Positions 53,330 to 60,841 of a stretch of 60,841 nt of DNA are shown one piece after another. A program made the translations under genes and the position numbers. The DNA comes from Dehalococcoidales bacterium (GTDB lineage Bacteria > Chloroflexota > Dehalococcoidia > Dehalococcoidales > RBG-16-60-22), in the NCBI GenBank assembly GCA_028714335.1, contig JAQTMM010000002.1, positions 1 through 60,841 of the forward strand, read 5' to 3'. The notes beneath the pieces were generated by a model. The model saw only the letters and a program-made list of their open reading frames with translations, did not search any database and was not told the DNA's origin. Every line of letters starts with the position of its first letter. The first letter of the stretch is position 1.

Positions 53330-54880
53330 ATGACTGAATCAATGATTTTAAGCTCAATACCAAAAAACACCGCTAGGCGTCTCGGCGGCAAGACAGCCCT
53401 CGTCTATGGCGACCGCCGTATCCCCTTTGCCGCCTTTGAGGATGACTCCAACCGATTCGCCAACGCTTTGGTGAAACTGGGGGTAAAAACGGGCGACCGC
53501 GTGGCGATGCTGCAGAACTCCGGCCCGGAATTCATCGTCGTTTTCTTCGGGATAATGAAAGCCGGCGCTATTGCCGTGCCGCTGGATTCCCGCTACGTCG
53601 CCGATGAACTGGCCAGCCTCTTTAACGACTGCACGCCCGTCCTCGCGGTGAGCGAAGCCGCCCTTACCAAACCCCTCCTCGAGGCTTTACCCCGTTCCCC
53701 TTCCGTTAAAAACATTATCACCGTCGGCGAGGGTGCTGATGGGCAGCAAATCAGGTACGAAAAACTCATTAAGGAAAATCCCTCCACGCCCGTTAAAGTT
53801 AAAGTCGCCCCGGAAGATATCGCGATTATTTCCTACACGGGCGGGCCTACATTCCACCCCCACGGCGTGGCGTTGACACACCAGAGCCTTGTCACCGAGG
53901 TTATCAGCTCCGTGGAAACCTTTGAGCAGACCGAGGACGACGTCTTTATGCTTTTCGCCCTGCCAATGTACCACCAGTTCGGACTCACTGCCGTTTTACT
54001 GGCGTCTTTCTACACCGGCAACACCGTCGTCGGTGTGCCAGGCACCGGGCGCTCTATCGAGAGTTTCATGGAAACCATCGAGCGGGAAAAGGGCACCGTC
54101 TATTGCGGCGTACCCTACATCTACTCGCTGATGATTAACGTTGCCAAACGCGCCGGCATCAAGTACAATCTTTCGTCGCTGCGGCTTTTAGCCAGCGGCG
54201 GCGCGCCCCTTGAGCCTATCGTTATCAAGCAGTTCAAGCAGTACTACGGTTTAGATATCCGCGATATCTACGGCCAGACGGAGTCCATCTGCCACTGCAC
54301 CGTCATGCCCATCCACGGCACGGGCAAAATCGGCTCGTCGGGTAAAACTTTATCCTGCTGGGAGATGAAGATTTTCGACGCTAATGACAATGAATTACCC
54401 CCCGGCCAGGAGGGCGAGATTGTCCTGCGGGGGCCGCTGATGCACAGCTTCTGGAATCAGCCCCAAAAAACCGCCGAAATCTTAAGGAACGGCTGGCTCC
54501 ACACCGGCGACGTTGGTTACATCGACGAGGAGGGCTACCTCTTTATCACCGCCCGCAGCCGCCGTATGATTGTCCTTAAGGGGCAGAACGTCTTTCCCAG
54601 TGATATCGAGGCAGTTATTCAGACCCACCCCGCCGTGGCGGAGGTTAAGGTGGGGGGAGTTATAGATTTAACTCGCGGTGAGACGATTAGTGCTTACGTT
54701 AAGCTTAAGCCCGGCGCCGCTGTTACCGAACATGATTTGAGGCAATATTGCCAGGGAAAAATGGCGGACTATAAACTCCCGCGCGATATTGAGTTTGTGG
54801 ATGTGATGCCCGATGTTCTGCCGCTGTGGCGCCGCCGGCAGTATACCGATGCCGATGCCAAGCTGGCTTCTTTAGACTAG
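53330..54880 (+). CDS. ANL-superfamily AMP-binding enzyme (acyl-CoA synthetase-like), with divergent core motifs
   Basis: 516 aa with canonical IYGQTES, HTGDVGYIDEEGYLFITARS and YKLPRDIEFV. The P-loop reads YTGGPTFHPHG. The C-terminal PxxxxGK motif reads PDVLPLW. Confidence 0.8.
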   Translation: MTESMILSSIPKNTARRLGGKTALVYGDRRIPFAAFEDDSNRFANALVKLGVKTGDRVAMLQNSGPEFIVVFFGIMKAGAIAVPLDSRYVADELASLFNDCTPVLAVSEAALTKPLLEALPRSPSVKNIITVGEGADGQQIRYEKLIKENPSTPVKVKVAPEDIAIISYTGGPTFHPHGVALTHQSLVTEVISSVETFEQTEDDVFMLFALPMYHQFGLTAVLLASFYTGNTVVGVPGTGRSIESFMETIEREKGTVYCGVPYIYSLMINVAKRAGIKYNLSSLRLLASGGAPLEPIVIKQFKQYYGLDIRDIYGQTESICHCTVMPIHGTGKIGSSGKTLSCWEMKIFDANDNELPPGQEGEIVLRGPLMHSFWNQPQKTAEILRNGWLHTGDVGYIDEEGYLFITARSRRMIVLKGQNVFPSDIEAVIQTHPAVAEVKVGGVIDLTRGETISAYVKLKPGAAVTEHDLRQYCQGKMADYKLPRDIEFVDVMPDVLPLWRRRQYTDADAKLASLD

Positions 54881-55806
54881 ACGACGATATTCAGTGCCGC
54901 CGGCATTATCTTGAAACTCGCCGGCACTTCACCGAGCAATTCCCCGTCCGCCTGCACAAAAAGCTTGCCGTCCAGAGGCTTAACAATTACCTCTCTGGCG
55001 CGTCCGGAGTCTACCTTACGGTGCGTCAGGTGCGTGCCTTTGTACAGTCGCGGCAGCGACCATAAAAATTCCAGCTTGCTTAAGTCGTGGGCGACCATTA
55101 CGTCCAGGAAGCCGTCTTGCAGGTCGGCATAAGGCCCGGTGCACATGCCCCCGCCGCCGTACTTCCCGTTGTTCATGATTAGCGTTAAAATGTTGGCTTC
55201 GCGTGTCTCGCCGTCAATGGTAATGGATAATTTATGGTTGTGATAGGTCAATAAACTGGTTAGCGCGCCCAAAAGGTAAGAAGGCATGTCGCCGAGTTTT
55301 TTATATTGCTGTGTCGTCCGCCGCACGATTTCCGAATCTATGCCCATCCCGGCAAAGTTAACAAAAAGCCTTGTTTCCGTGCCGCCGTTTTTACAGTACT
55401 CCACTATGCCCACATCCACCGTGCGCGCTTTAGGCTTTAGGAAGAGCCGGCAGGCGTCTTCGTAGCTGTGGGAGCCGCCAGTGGTGCGGATGTAATCGCT
55501 GCCCGTTCCCGTTTCTACGATGCCCAGCAGGTTGTCCTTAAGTTTGCCCGAGGCGTATAGCCCGTTGACGATTTCGTGAATCGTGCCGTCGCCGCCAACG
55601 GAAACTACCAAGTCATAGCCCTTTTTGGCGGCGGTCTTGGCCAGTTCAATGGCGTGCCCGGGGGCTTCGGTAATAACGTGCTCGAAATTTAAACCGAGCT
55701 GCTGAAAAGAATACATAATCCGCGGCCAGAGCTTGCCCGTTTTGCCAGCGCCCGCCGCGGGATTGACGATTACGTTAGCGAATTTCTTACTCAAAAAACT
55801 CCTCAA
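54877..55806 (-). CDS. Diacylglycerol kinase family lipid kinase (YegS/DagK-like)
   Basis: 309 aa with the motifs NPAAGAGK and GGDGTIHEIVNG. Confidence 0.85.
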   Translation of the reverse strand: MRSFLSKKFANVIVNPAAGAGKTGKLWPRIMYSFQQLGLNFEHVITEAPGHAIELAKTAAKKGYDLVVSVGGDGTIHEIVNGLYASGKLKDNLLGIVETGTGSDYIRTTGGSHSYEDACRLFLKPKARTVDVGIVEYCKNGGTETRLFVNFAGMGIDSEIVRRTTQQYKKLGDMPSYLLGALTSLLTYHNHKLSITIDGETREANILTLIMNNGKYGGGGMCTGPYADLQDGFLDVMVAHDLSKLEFLWSLPRLYKGTHLTHRKVDSGRAREVIVKPLDGKLFVQADGELLGEVPASFKIMPAALNIVV

Positions 55807-55868
55807 TCAGGAGCGATAATTCAACTTTATTATCTGGCATAGAGTATAGCACAATTCACTGAATTCAA

Positions 55869-58310
55869 CTAGCTCCACTCCCCGGCGTCTGTCCAGACCC
55901 GCGCCATTTCTTTAGCCAGCGCCTGATGCTCATCTTTTGCCATGTCCGCGTCGGTTTTGAACATCTCTATAGCCTCATTGCGCGCTAATTCTAATATGCC
56001 CACGTCCGACATTTTAGCCATGCGCAGGTCGGGGATGCCGCTTTGCCGCGTCCCGAAGAATTCCCCCGGCCCCCGCATCTTTAAGTCCTCTTCCGCCAGC
56101 TTAAAGCCGTCGAAAGTGTTTTCTATTATGTCAAGCCGCTGCTGCCCCACCTCCGATGGATTATCAGCCAGCAGCATGCAGTAGCTCTGCTCTTGGCCCC
56201 GCCCCACTCGGCCGCGGAACTGGTGTAATTGCGATAGCCCAAAGCGGTCAGCGCTTTCGATTAACATGACCGTAGCATTGGGAATGTCGATGCCTACCTC
56301 AATCACCGGCGTCGAGACCAGTATATCCAGCCTTCCGGCTCTAAACTCCTCCATCACCATATCTTTTTGCGCCGAGGCCAGCCGTCCGTGCAACAGCCCC
56401 ATTCTTAAGTCCGGGAAAACCTCGCTGGACAGCCTCTCGTATTCTGCCACCGCCGCCTGCGCCTCTATTGCCTCCGATTCTTCAATTAACGGACAGAGAA
56501 TGAACGCCTGTTGACCTTCTCCCACTTTCTTCCTGACAAACGCGTAAGCGCTTTCCCGCTGGTTGGGCTTGAGCCACTTTGTCTTGACGATTTGCCTGCC
56601 CGGCGGCAGCTCGCTGATCACGGAAAGATCGAGGTCACCGTAAAGCGTCAGGGCGAGGGTGCGTGGTATCGGCGTGGCGGTCATTACCAGCATATGCGGA
56701 TTGAACCCCTTTTCCCTTAACGCCGAGCGCTGTTCCACCCCGAATCTGTGCTGTTCATCCACCACCGCCAGCCCCAGTTTGGCGAACTCCAGGCCCTTTT
56801 GCACCAGCGCGTGCGTCCCGATGACGATATCAATTTCACCCGACTGCACCTGCTTTTGTATCTGTTTCTTGCCCGCCTGCTTAATGTCCCCGATGAGCAG
56901 CGCGACGGTGACAGGATTCTCTAAAATGCCCTTAAAACTATAGACGTTCTCCTCCCCTTCTCCCTTCCCCAACTTGCTTAATAACTGGCATATCGTGGCA
57001 AAGTGCTGCTCCGCGAGGATTTCCGTAGGCGCCATGAAGGCGCTCTGCAAACCGTTAGCCGCCGCCAGTAATAAAGCCGCCGTGGCTACCACCGTTTTAC
57101 CGGAGCCTACCTCGCCCTGCAATAGGCGGCACATCGGCACCGCTTTAGTGAGGTCACTTTTTATCTCCTCCAGCACCTTGGTCTGCGCCGCCGTCAGGGT
57201 GAACGGCAGCGACGTTAAAAACCGGTTCAGTAATTCGTCTTTAATATCCAAAGGCGTGCCGGGCTTCGTCTCCTGGAAGTCCCGCTTCTTCTTCATCACG
57301 CCCAATTGCAGCAAAAACAACTCGTCGAAAGCCAGCCGGACGCGCGCTTTATCTTTATTTTCTTCGTCTTCCGGGTAATGCGCCTGGCTGATGGCTGCGG
57401 GTAATTCCAGTAAACCCAGACGCTTTCGCAAGCCGTCCGGTAAAAAGTCGTTGACCTGCCCCACCCACTTGTCAATGAATTCCTTCATCAACCGCCGCAC
57501 CTGCCGCGGATGCAGCCCGCGCGTTAGCGGATAGACCGGCACCAGGCGCCCGGTGTGGACGGAGTCCTGCCCTTCCGCCAGTTCCCACTCCGGCGACTGG
57601 AATACATGACGCCCTTTGAAAACGCTAACCCTGCCGCTCAGGATTATCCGCGCGTTGGTCGTCAGCGTCTTTGCCAGATAAGGCTGGTTAAACCAGACGA
57701 CGCGCATATTGCCCGTTTCGTCGCCTACGATAGCCTCGGTGCTTTTACGTCCGCCGGGGCGCGTTTCCTGCGCCTGCCAAACGTTGGCGATAATCGTTTG
57801 CTCTTCTCCCGCCACCAGCTGCGAGATTGTTTTTAGCTTGCTGTAGTCTATATGGCGATTGGGGAAGAAATAAAGCAGGTCGCGCACCGTTTTGACGTTC
57901 AATTTACCGAACTTGCCCGCCAGAGTGGTGCTGATGCCCTTTACAATCGTTATTGGAGCCTCCAGCGGCGCTTGACCGACGGTAACCTTAGGGGGAGGTT
58001 TTGGGGCGGACTTTTTCTTAACTGGCGCGGGCTTTGTACTTGCTGCCGCGACGTTGTCTTTGCCTTCTAAATCCGTTAAGAATTGCAGAACATTGATTAC
58101 CCAGGCGGCGCGCTGTTCTTTAGACATGGCGGCGTAGCCCGCTTTGAAGAGTTTGTGGAATTGCACCAGCAGTTTGGGGCTTTTAACTAACTCTACCGCC
58201 CCCTGCGACCAGTTATAGATAAACCTGTCCAGCCCACCAAAGACGGCGCCGTCGCTGTAACCGCGCTGCCTTTCAAGCTCGAGGATTTTCCGCAAGGATT
58301 CTGCGTTCAT
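55869..58310 (-). CDS. recG: ATP-dependent DNA helicase RecG (with N-terminal extension)
   Basis: 813 aa with a wedge domain, Walker A GEVGSGKT, the DEQHRFG box and the RGRVGRG motif. An extra N-terminal region of about 110 aa includes a Lys/Pro-rich linker. Confidence 0.9.
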   Translation of the reverse strand: MNAESLRKILELERQRGYSDGAVFGGLDRFIYNWSQGAVELVKSPKLLVQFHKLFKAGYAAMSKEQRAAWVINVLQFLTDLEGKDNVAAASTKPAPVKKKSAPKPPPKVTVGQAPLEAPITIVKGISTTLAGKFGKLNVKTVRDLLYFFPNRHIDYSKLKTISQLVAGEEQTIIANVWQAQETRPGGRKSTEAIVGDETGNMRVVWFNQPYLAKTLTTNARIILSGRVSVFKGRHVFQSPEWELAEGQDSVHTGRLVPVYPLTRGLHPRQVRRLMKEFIDKWVGQVNDFLPDGLRKRLGLLELPAAISQAHYPEDEENKDKARVRLAFDELFLLQLGVMKKKRDFQETKPGTPLDIKDELLNRFLTSLPFTLTAAQTKVLEEIKSDLTKAVPMCRLLQGEVGSGKTVVATAALLLAAANGLQSAFMAPTEILAEQHFATICQLLSKLGKGEGEENVYSFKGILENPVTVALLIGDIKQAGKKQIQKQVQSGEIDIVIGTHALVQKGLEFAKLGLAVVDEQHRFGVEQRSALREKGFNPHMLVMTATPIPRTLALTLYGDLDLSVISELPPGRQIVKTKWLKPNQRESAYAFVRKKVGEGQQAFILCPLIEESEAIEAQAAVAEYERLSSEVFPDLRMGLLHGRLASAQKDMVMEEFRAGRLDILVSTPVIEVGIDIPNATVMLIESADRFGLSQLHQFRGRVGRGQEQSYCMLLADNPSEVGQQRLDIIENTFDGFKLAEEDLKMRGPGEFFGTRQSGIPDLRMAKMSDVGILELARNEAIEMFKTDADMAKDEHQALAKEMARVWTDAGEWS

Positions 58311-58385
58311 CTATAGACACATTATAGACAAAAACGTATTAAGGGGAAAGGTGGGGTGGAAACAAATTGCAGATTACCGACTACT

Positions 58386-59237
58386 TTATTCTCTATCGCC
58401 CAGTACCGCGACCAATATCAGCCCCGGCCCAGTATGCGTGCCAATTACCGGCGATGTGTGCGTCTTGATGATTTTTTCTTCCGGATACAGCTTGCCCAAC
58501 CGCTTTACCAGTTCTTTAGCGTCGTCCGGGCAGGCGGCATCTTCCACCGCCAGTCCGTCAATCTTCTTGTAACCCGCCGCAAAGTCGTAAAGCAGGTCGA
58601 CGGCTTTAGCGCGCGAATGCGCCCTACCCGCCGGCTGGACCTTGCCGTCTTTAAGCATAATGATGGGGTTTATTTTCAGTATCGAGCCCATGAACGCCTG
58701 CGCTTTACCGATTCTCCCGCCCCGCTCCAGATATTCCAAAGTATCGAAGGCGGCACGGATTTCTGCGCGCGGGAAATTATCCTGTAAAACCTTCACTACT
58801 TCATCTATTGGGGCGCCCTTTTTAGCGGCCTCCGCCGCCTTAATTACGGCAAACCCCTGCGCCATTACCGCCAGGCCGGAATCAATTACTTTAATGTGGC
58901 AATCGCTTTCAAAAAGGTTAGCGCTCTGTAAAGCCGCGTTATAAAGCCCGCTTAGCTTGGAACTTAACATGACAACCAGGATGTCGTCTGTTTTTTTAGC
59001 AAGATTAGCATAGGTTCGGGCAAAGAGGTCCAGTGATGGCACGGCGGTCGTCGGCACGGCCTTGTTTTGCTCCAGCCGTTTGTAGAATTGTTCGTTGGTA
59101 ATATCGATGCCGTCGCGGAAAACGTCTTCACCAAAGCGCACCAGCACCGGGATGGTGGAAATATCCAGCGCTTTTAATATATCCGGAGGGATATCACTGA
59201 CGCTGTCGGTTACTATCTTGACCGGTTTATTGGGCAT
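58386..59237 (-). CDS. DegV family fatty-acid-binding protein, paralog 1
   Basis: 283 aa with the motifs VKIVTDSVSD, LERGGRIGKAQAFMGSILKINPI and SPVIGTHTGPG. Confidence 0.9.
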   Translation of the reverse strand: MPNKPVKIVTDSVSDIPPDILKALDISTIPVLVRFGEDVFRDGIDITNEQFYKRLEQNKAVPTTAVPSLDLFARTYANLAKKTDDILVVMLSSKLSGLYNAALQSANLFESDCHIKVIDSGLAVMAQGFAVIKAAEAAKKGAPIDEVVKVLQDNFPRAEIRAAFDTLEYLERGGRIGKAQAFMGSILKINPIIMLKDGKVQPAGRAHSRAKAVDLLYDFAAGYKKIDGLAVEDAACPDDAKELVKRLGKLYPEEKIIKTHTSPVIGTHTGPGLILVAVLGDRE

Positions 59238-59269
59238 ACTGAAACACCGCCAGACTATACCATATTATA

Positions 59270-60109
59270 TTACTTGTCGCCAAGTACCGCTACGCTGATT
59301 ACCCTGGGCCCTACATTCGTCCCGATGACCGGGCTGACCTTGCTGTGATATATCTTCTTTTCCGGATACAGCGCCCCCAGCCTTTTCACAAAGGCGTCTT
59401 TCTCGGAGTGTGTTGTGGCGTCTTCTACGGCCACCTCTTCTATCTTTTTATACCCCGCCACAAAGTTGTAAAGGTAATCTTTAGCTTTTTCCCGCGAGCG
59501 TTCCCGCGCAAAGGGGAAAACCTCGCCGTCTTTGATGCCCAGTATCGGGTTAATCCCCAGCACCGAGCCCATTAACGCCTGCGCTTTACCGATGCGCCCG
59601 CCCCGCTCCAGATATTCCAGTGTATCAAAGGCGATGCGGATTTCCGAACGGGCCATGTTATGCCTGGTCAGTTCCACCAGCTCTTTAAGACTGGCGCCCT
59701 TTTTCGCCGCCTTGGCGGCGGCTATCGCCAGCAGACCTTCCGCCATCATCGCCGTGTCCGAGGTGATTATTTCCACGCGGCATTTTTTCTTCATTATTTC
59801 TTTGGCTTTTTGGGCTGATTCGCCGGAGGCGCTTAGCTTCTTCCCGATGGTTATCACCAGGATTTCGTCGGTTTTTTCCGCCAGTTCGCTGTAGTACTGC
59901 ACGAAAACATACGGCGCCGGAGTGGATGTCGTGGGGGTAATCTTGCTGGATGCAAGCTTCTCGTAAAACTCGTCGGTGGTGATGTCCACGCCGTCACGGT
60001 AGGTAACAGCATCAATGACTATATTGAGCGGTACGACTGTTATGCCAAGTTCAGCCGCTATTTCCGGCGTTACGTCGGAAACGCTATCGGTGATGATTTG
60101 TACCGTCAT
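59270..60109 (-). CDS. DegV family fatty-acid-binding protein, paralog 2
   Basis: 279 aa with the motifs QIITDSVSD, LERGGRIGKAQALMGSVLGINPI and SPVIGTNVGP. Confidence 0.9.
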   Translation of the reverse strand: MTVQIITDSVSDVTPEIAAELGITVVPLNIVIDAVTYRDGVDITTDEFYEKLASSKITPTTSTPAPYVFVQYYSELAEKTDEILVITIGKKLSASGESAQKAKEIMKKKCRVEIITSDTAMMAEGLLAIAAAKAAKKGASLKELVELTRHNMARSEIRIAFDTLEYLERGGRIGKAQALMGSVLGINPILGIKDGEVFPFARERSREKAKDYLYNFVAGYKKIEEVAVEDATTHSEKDAFVKRLGALYPEKKIYHSKVSPVIGTNVGPRVISVAVLGDK

Positions 60110-60111
60110 TA

Positions 60112-60841
60112 CTACTTTTCAGCTTCCAGCACGGATAATGCTAGTGCACCGGGGCCGGAATATGTGCCGACGACCGGGCTGATTACTGAACGGTAAATAG
60201 GTACTTTGGGATACGTTTCGGCAAGGCGTTGCGCCAATATATCACCGTCTTTGGGATTGGTGGTATGTTCTACGGCGATACTTTCAAGCTTGGGATAACG
60301 CGCCGGTATACTCATCAGATAATCGAATCCGGACTTCATGGAATGGACCCTCGTTAGAGGCGCCATTTCACCTTCCTTCACAGTAAGTATCTGTTTCACG
60401 GAGAGCATCGAGCCGAGGAATTCTTTAGCCTTGCCGATGCGCCCTCCCTTGGCGAGGTATTTAAGTGTATCAAAATATGCAAAGAGGTGGCTGCGCTGCG
60501 TAGCTTTACGCGTAACCTCCACCATTTTATCCAGACTCAATCCAGTTTTAGCAGATCGCACCGCCGCCTCTACAATTAATCCCTCTGCCATCGCCACCGT
60601 TAGCGAATCAACTACCTCAATGCGGCATTTCCCTTTAACGTAATCTTTAGCCTGCAGCGCCGATTGGTATGTACCGCTCAACTTGCTGGATACGGTGATT
60701 ACTAAAATCTCAGCCGTTTCCCTGGCAAGTTTCTCATAAACCTCAGCAAAATCGTTAGGGGTTGGTTGGGTGGTGGAGGGGAGTTTCGGCTCGTTCATCA
60801 GCCTCCGGTAAAAATCTTCGCTGGTGATATCTATCCGGTCC
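60112..60841 (-). CDS. DegV family fatty-acid-binding protein, paralog 3 (5' end beyond the window)
   Basis: LAKGGRIGKAKEFLGSMLSVKQI and SPVVGTYSGPG motifs are present. The reading frame stays open to the window edge. The upstream residues (DRIDITSEDFYRRL) align with the N-terminal parts of the other two paralogs, so the ATG at 60798 is internal. Confidence 0.85.
   Translation of the reverse strand, partial: DRIDITSEDFYRRLMNEPKLPSTTQPTPNDFAEVYEKLARETAEILVITVSSKLSGTYQSALQAKDYVKGKCRIEVVDSLTVAMAEGLIVEAAVRSAKTGLSLDKMVEVTRKATQRSHLFAYFDTLKYLAKGGRIGKAKEFLGSMLSVKQILTVKEGEMAPLTRVHSMKSGFDYLMSIPARYPKLESIAVEHTTNPKDGDILAQRLAETYPKVPIYRSVISPVVGTYSGPGALALSVLEAEK

Overview
This is a densely coding 60.8-kb chromosomal window with about 65 CDS, one structured RNA, no rRNA or tRNA, and no CRISPR array. 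The gene content points to a strict anaerobe: a glycyl radical enzyme with its activase, a tungsten-type aldehyde:ferredoxin oxidoreductase, rubrerythrin, a ferredoxin-nitroreductase, a split transketolase, and a Bacillus-type large SRP RNA. A Chloroflexota/Dehalococcoidia-like or similar lineage is my guess only.

Layout by region:
- (1) 1-6.2 kb is a visibly AT-rich patch. It holds MarR, TspO, an orphan P-loop protein, and an MBOAT acyltransferase translationally coupled to a membrane-anchored SGNH-like partner.
- (2) 6.3-9.8 kb carries Nif3, a ROK kinase and a GH13 glucosidase.
- (3) 9.8-26.6 kb is an anaerobic catabolic island bracketed by two type-B carboxylesterase paralogs.
  - A minus-strand operon runs IclR, cupin, GRE activase, glycyl radical enzyme, esterase.
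  - A divergent cytoplasmic Mo/W-bisPGD oxidoreductase sits next to its 4-cluster FeS subunit, with a convergent AOR.
  - A rare-sugar/polyol module holds a fucose-isomerase-like protein, a tagatose/psicose-epimerase-like protein, an SDR and a sorbitol-DH-like enzyme.
- (4) 26.7-30.5 kb is a Fur-family regulated metal-uptake operon (zur-lgt-znuACB-like) with a palindromic box.
- (5) 30.5-60.8 kb is mostly housekeeping: L25, biotin carboxylase, transketolase, dCMP deaminase, CCA enzyme, ispE, rsmA, SRP RNA, thiL, ndk, rsfS, PiT, recG and three tandem degV genes.

The housekeeping stretch is interrupted by two small GIY-YIG genes, each framed by hairpin-forming inverted repeats with GTCATT...AATGAC termini. 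One of them is also flanked by a 42-bp direct duplication of the 3' end of the neighbouring gene. A SET-domain methyltransferase lies in an AT-rich gap nearby.

The most interesting candidates are the GRE operon, whose Cys loop fits neither PFL nor the eliminase/dehydratase families, and the GIY-YIG hairpin-bounded mini-elements.

All calls come from reading the translated ORFs and the DNA by eye. No database search was possible.
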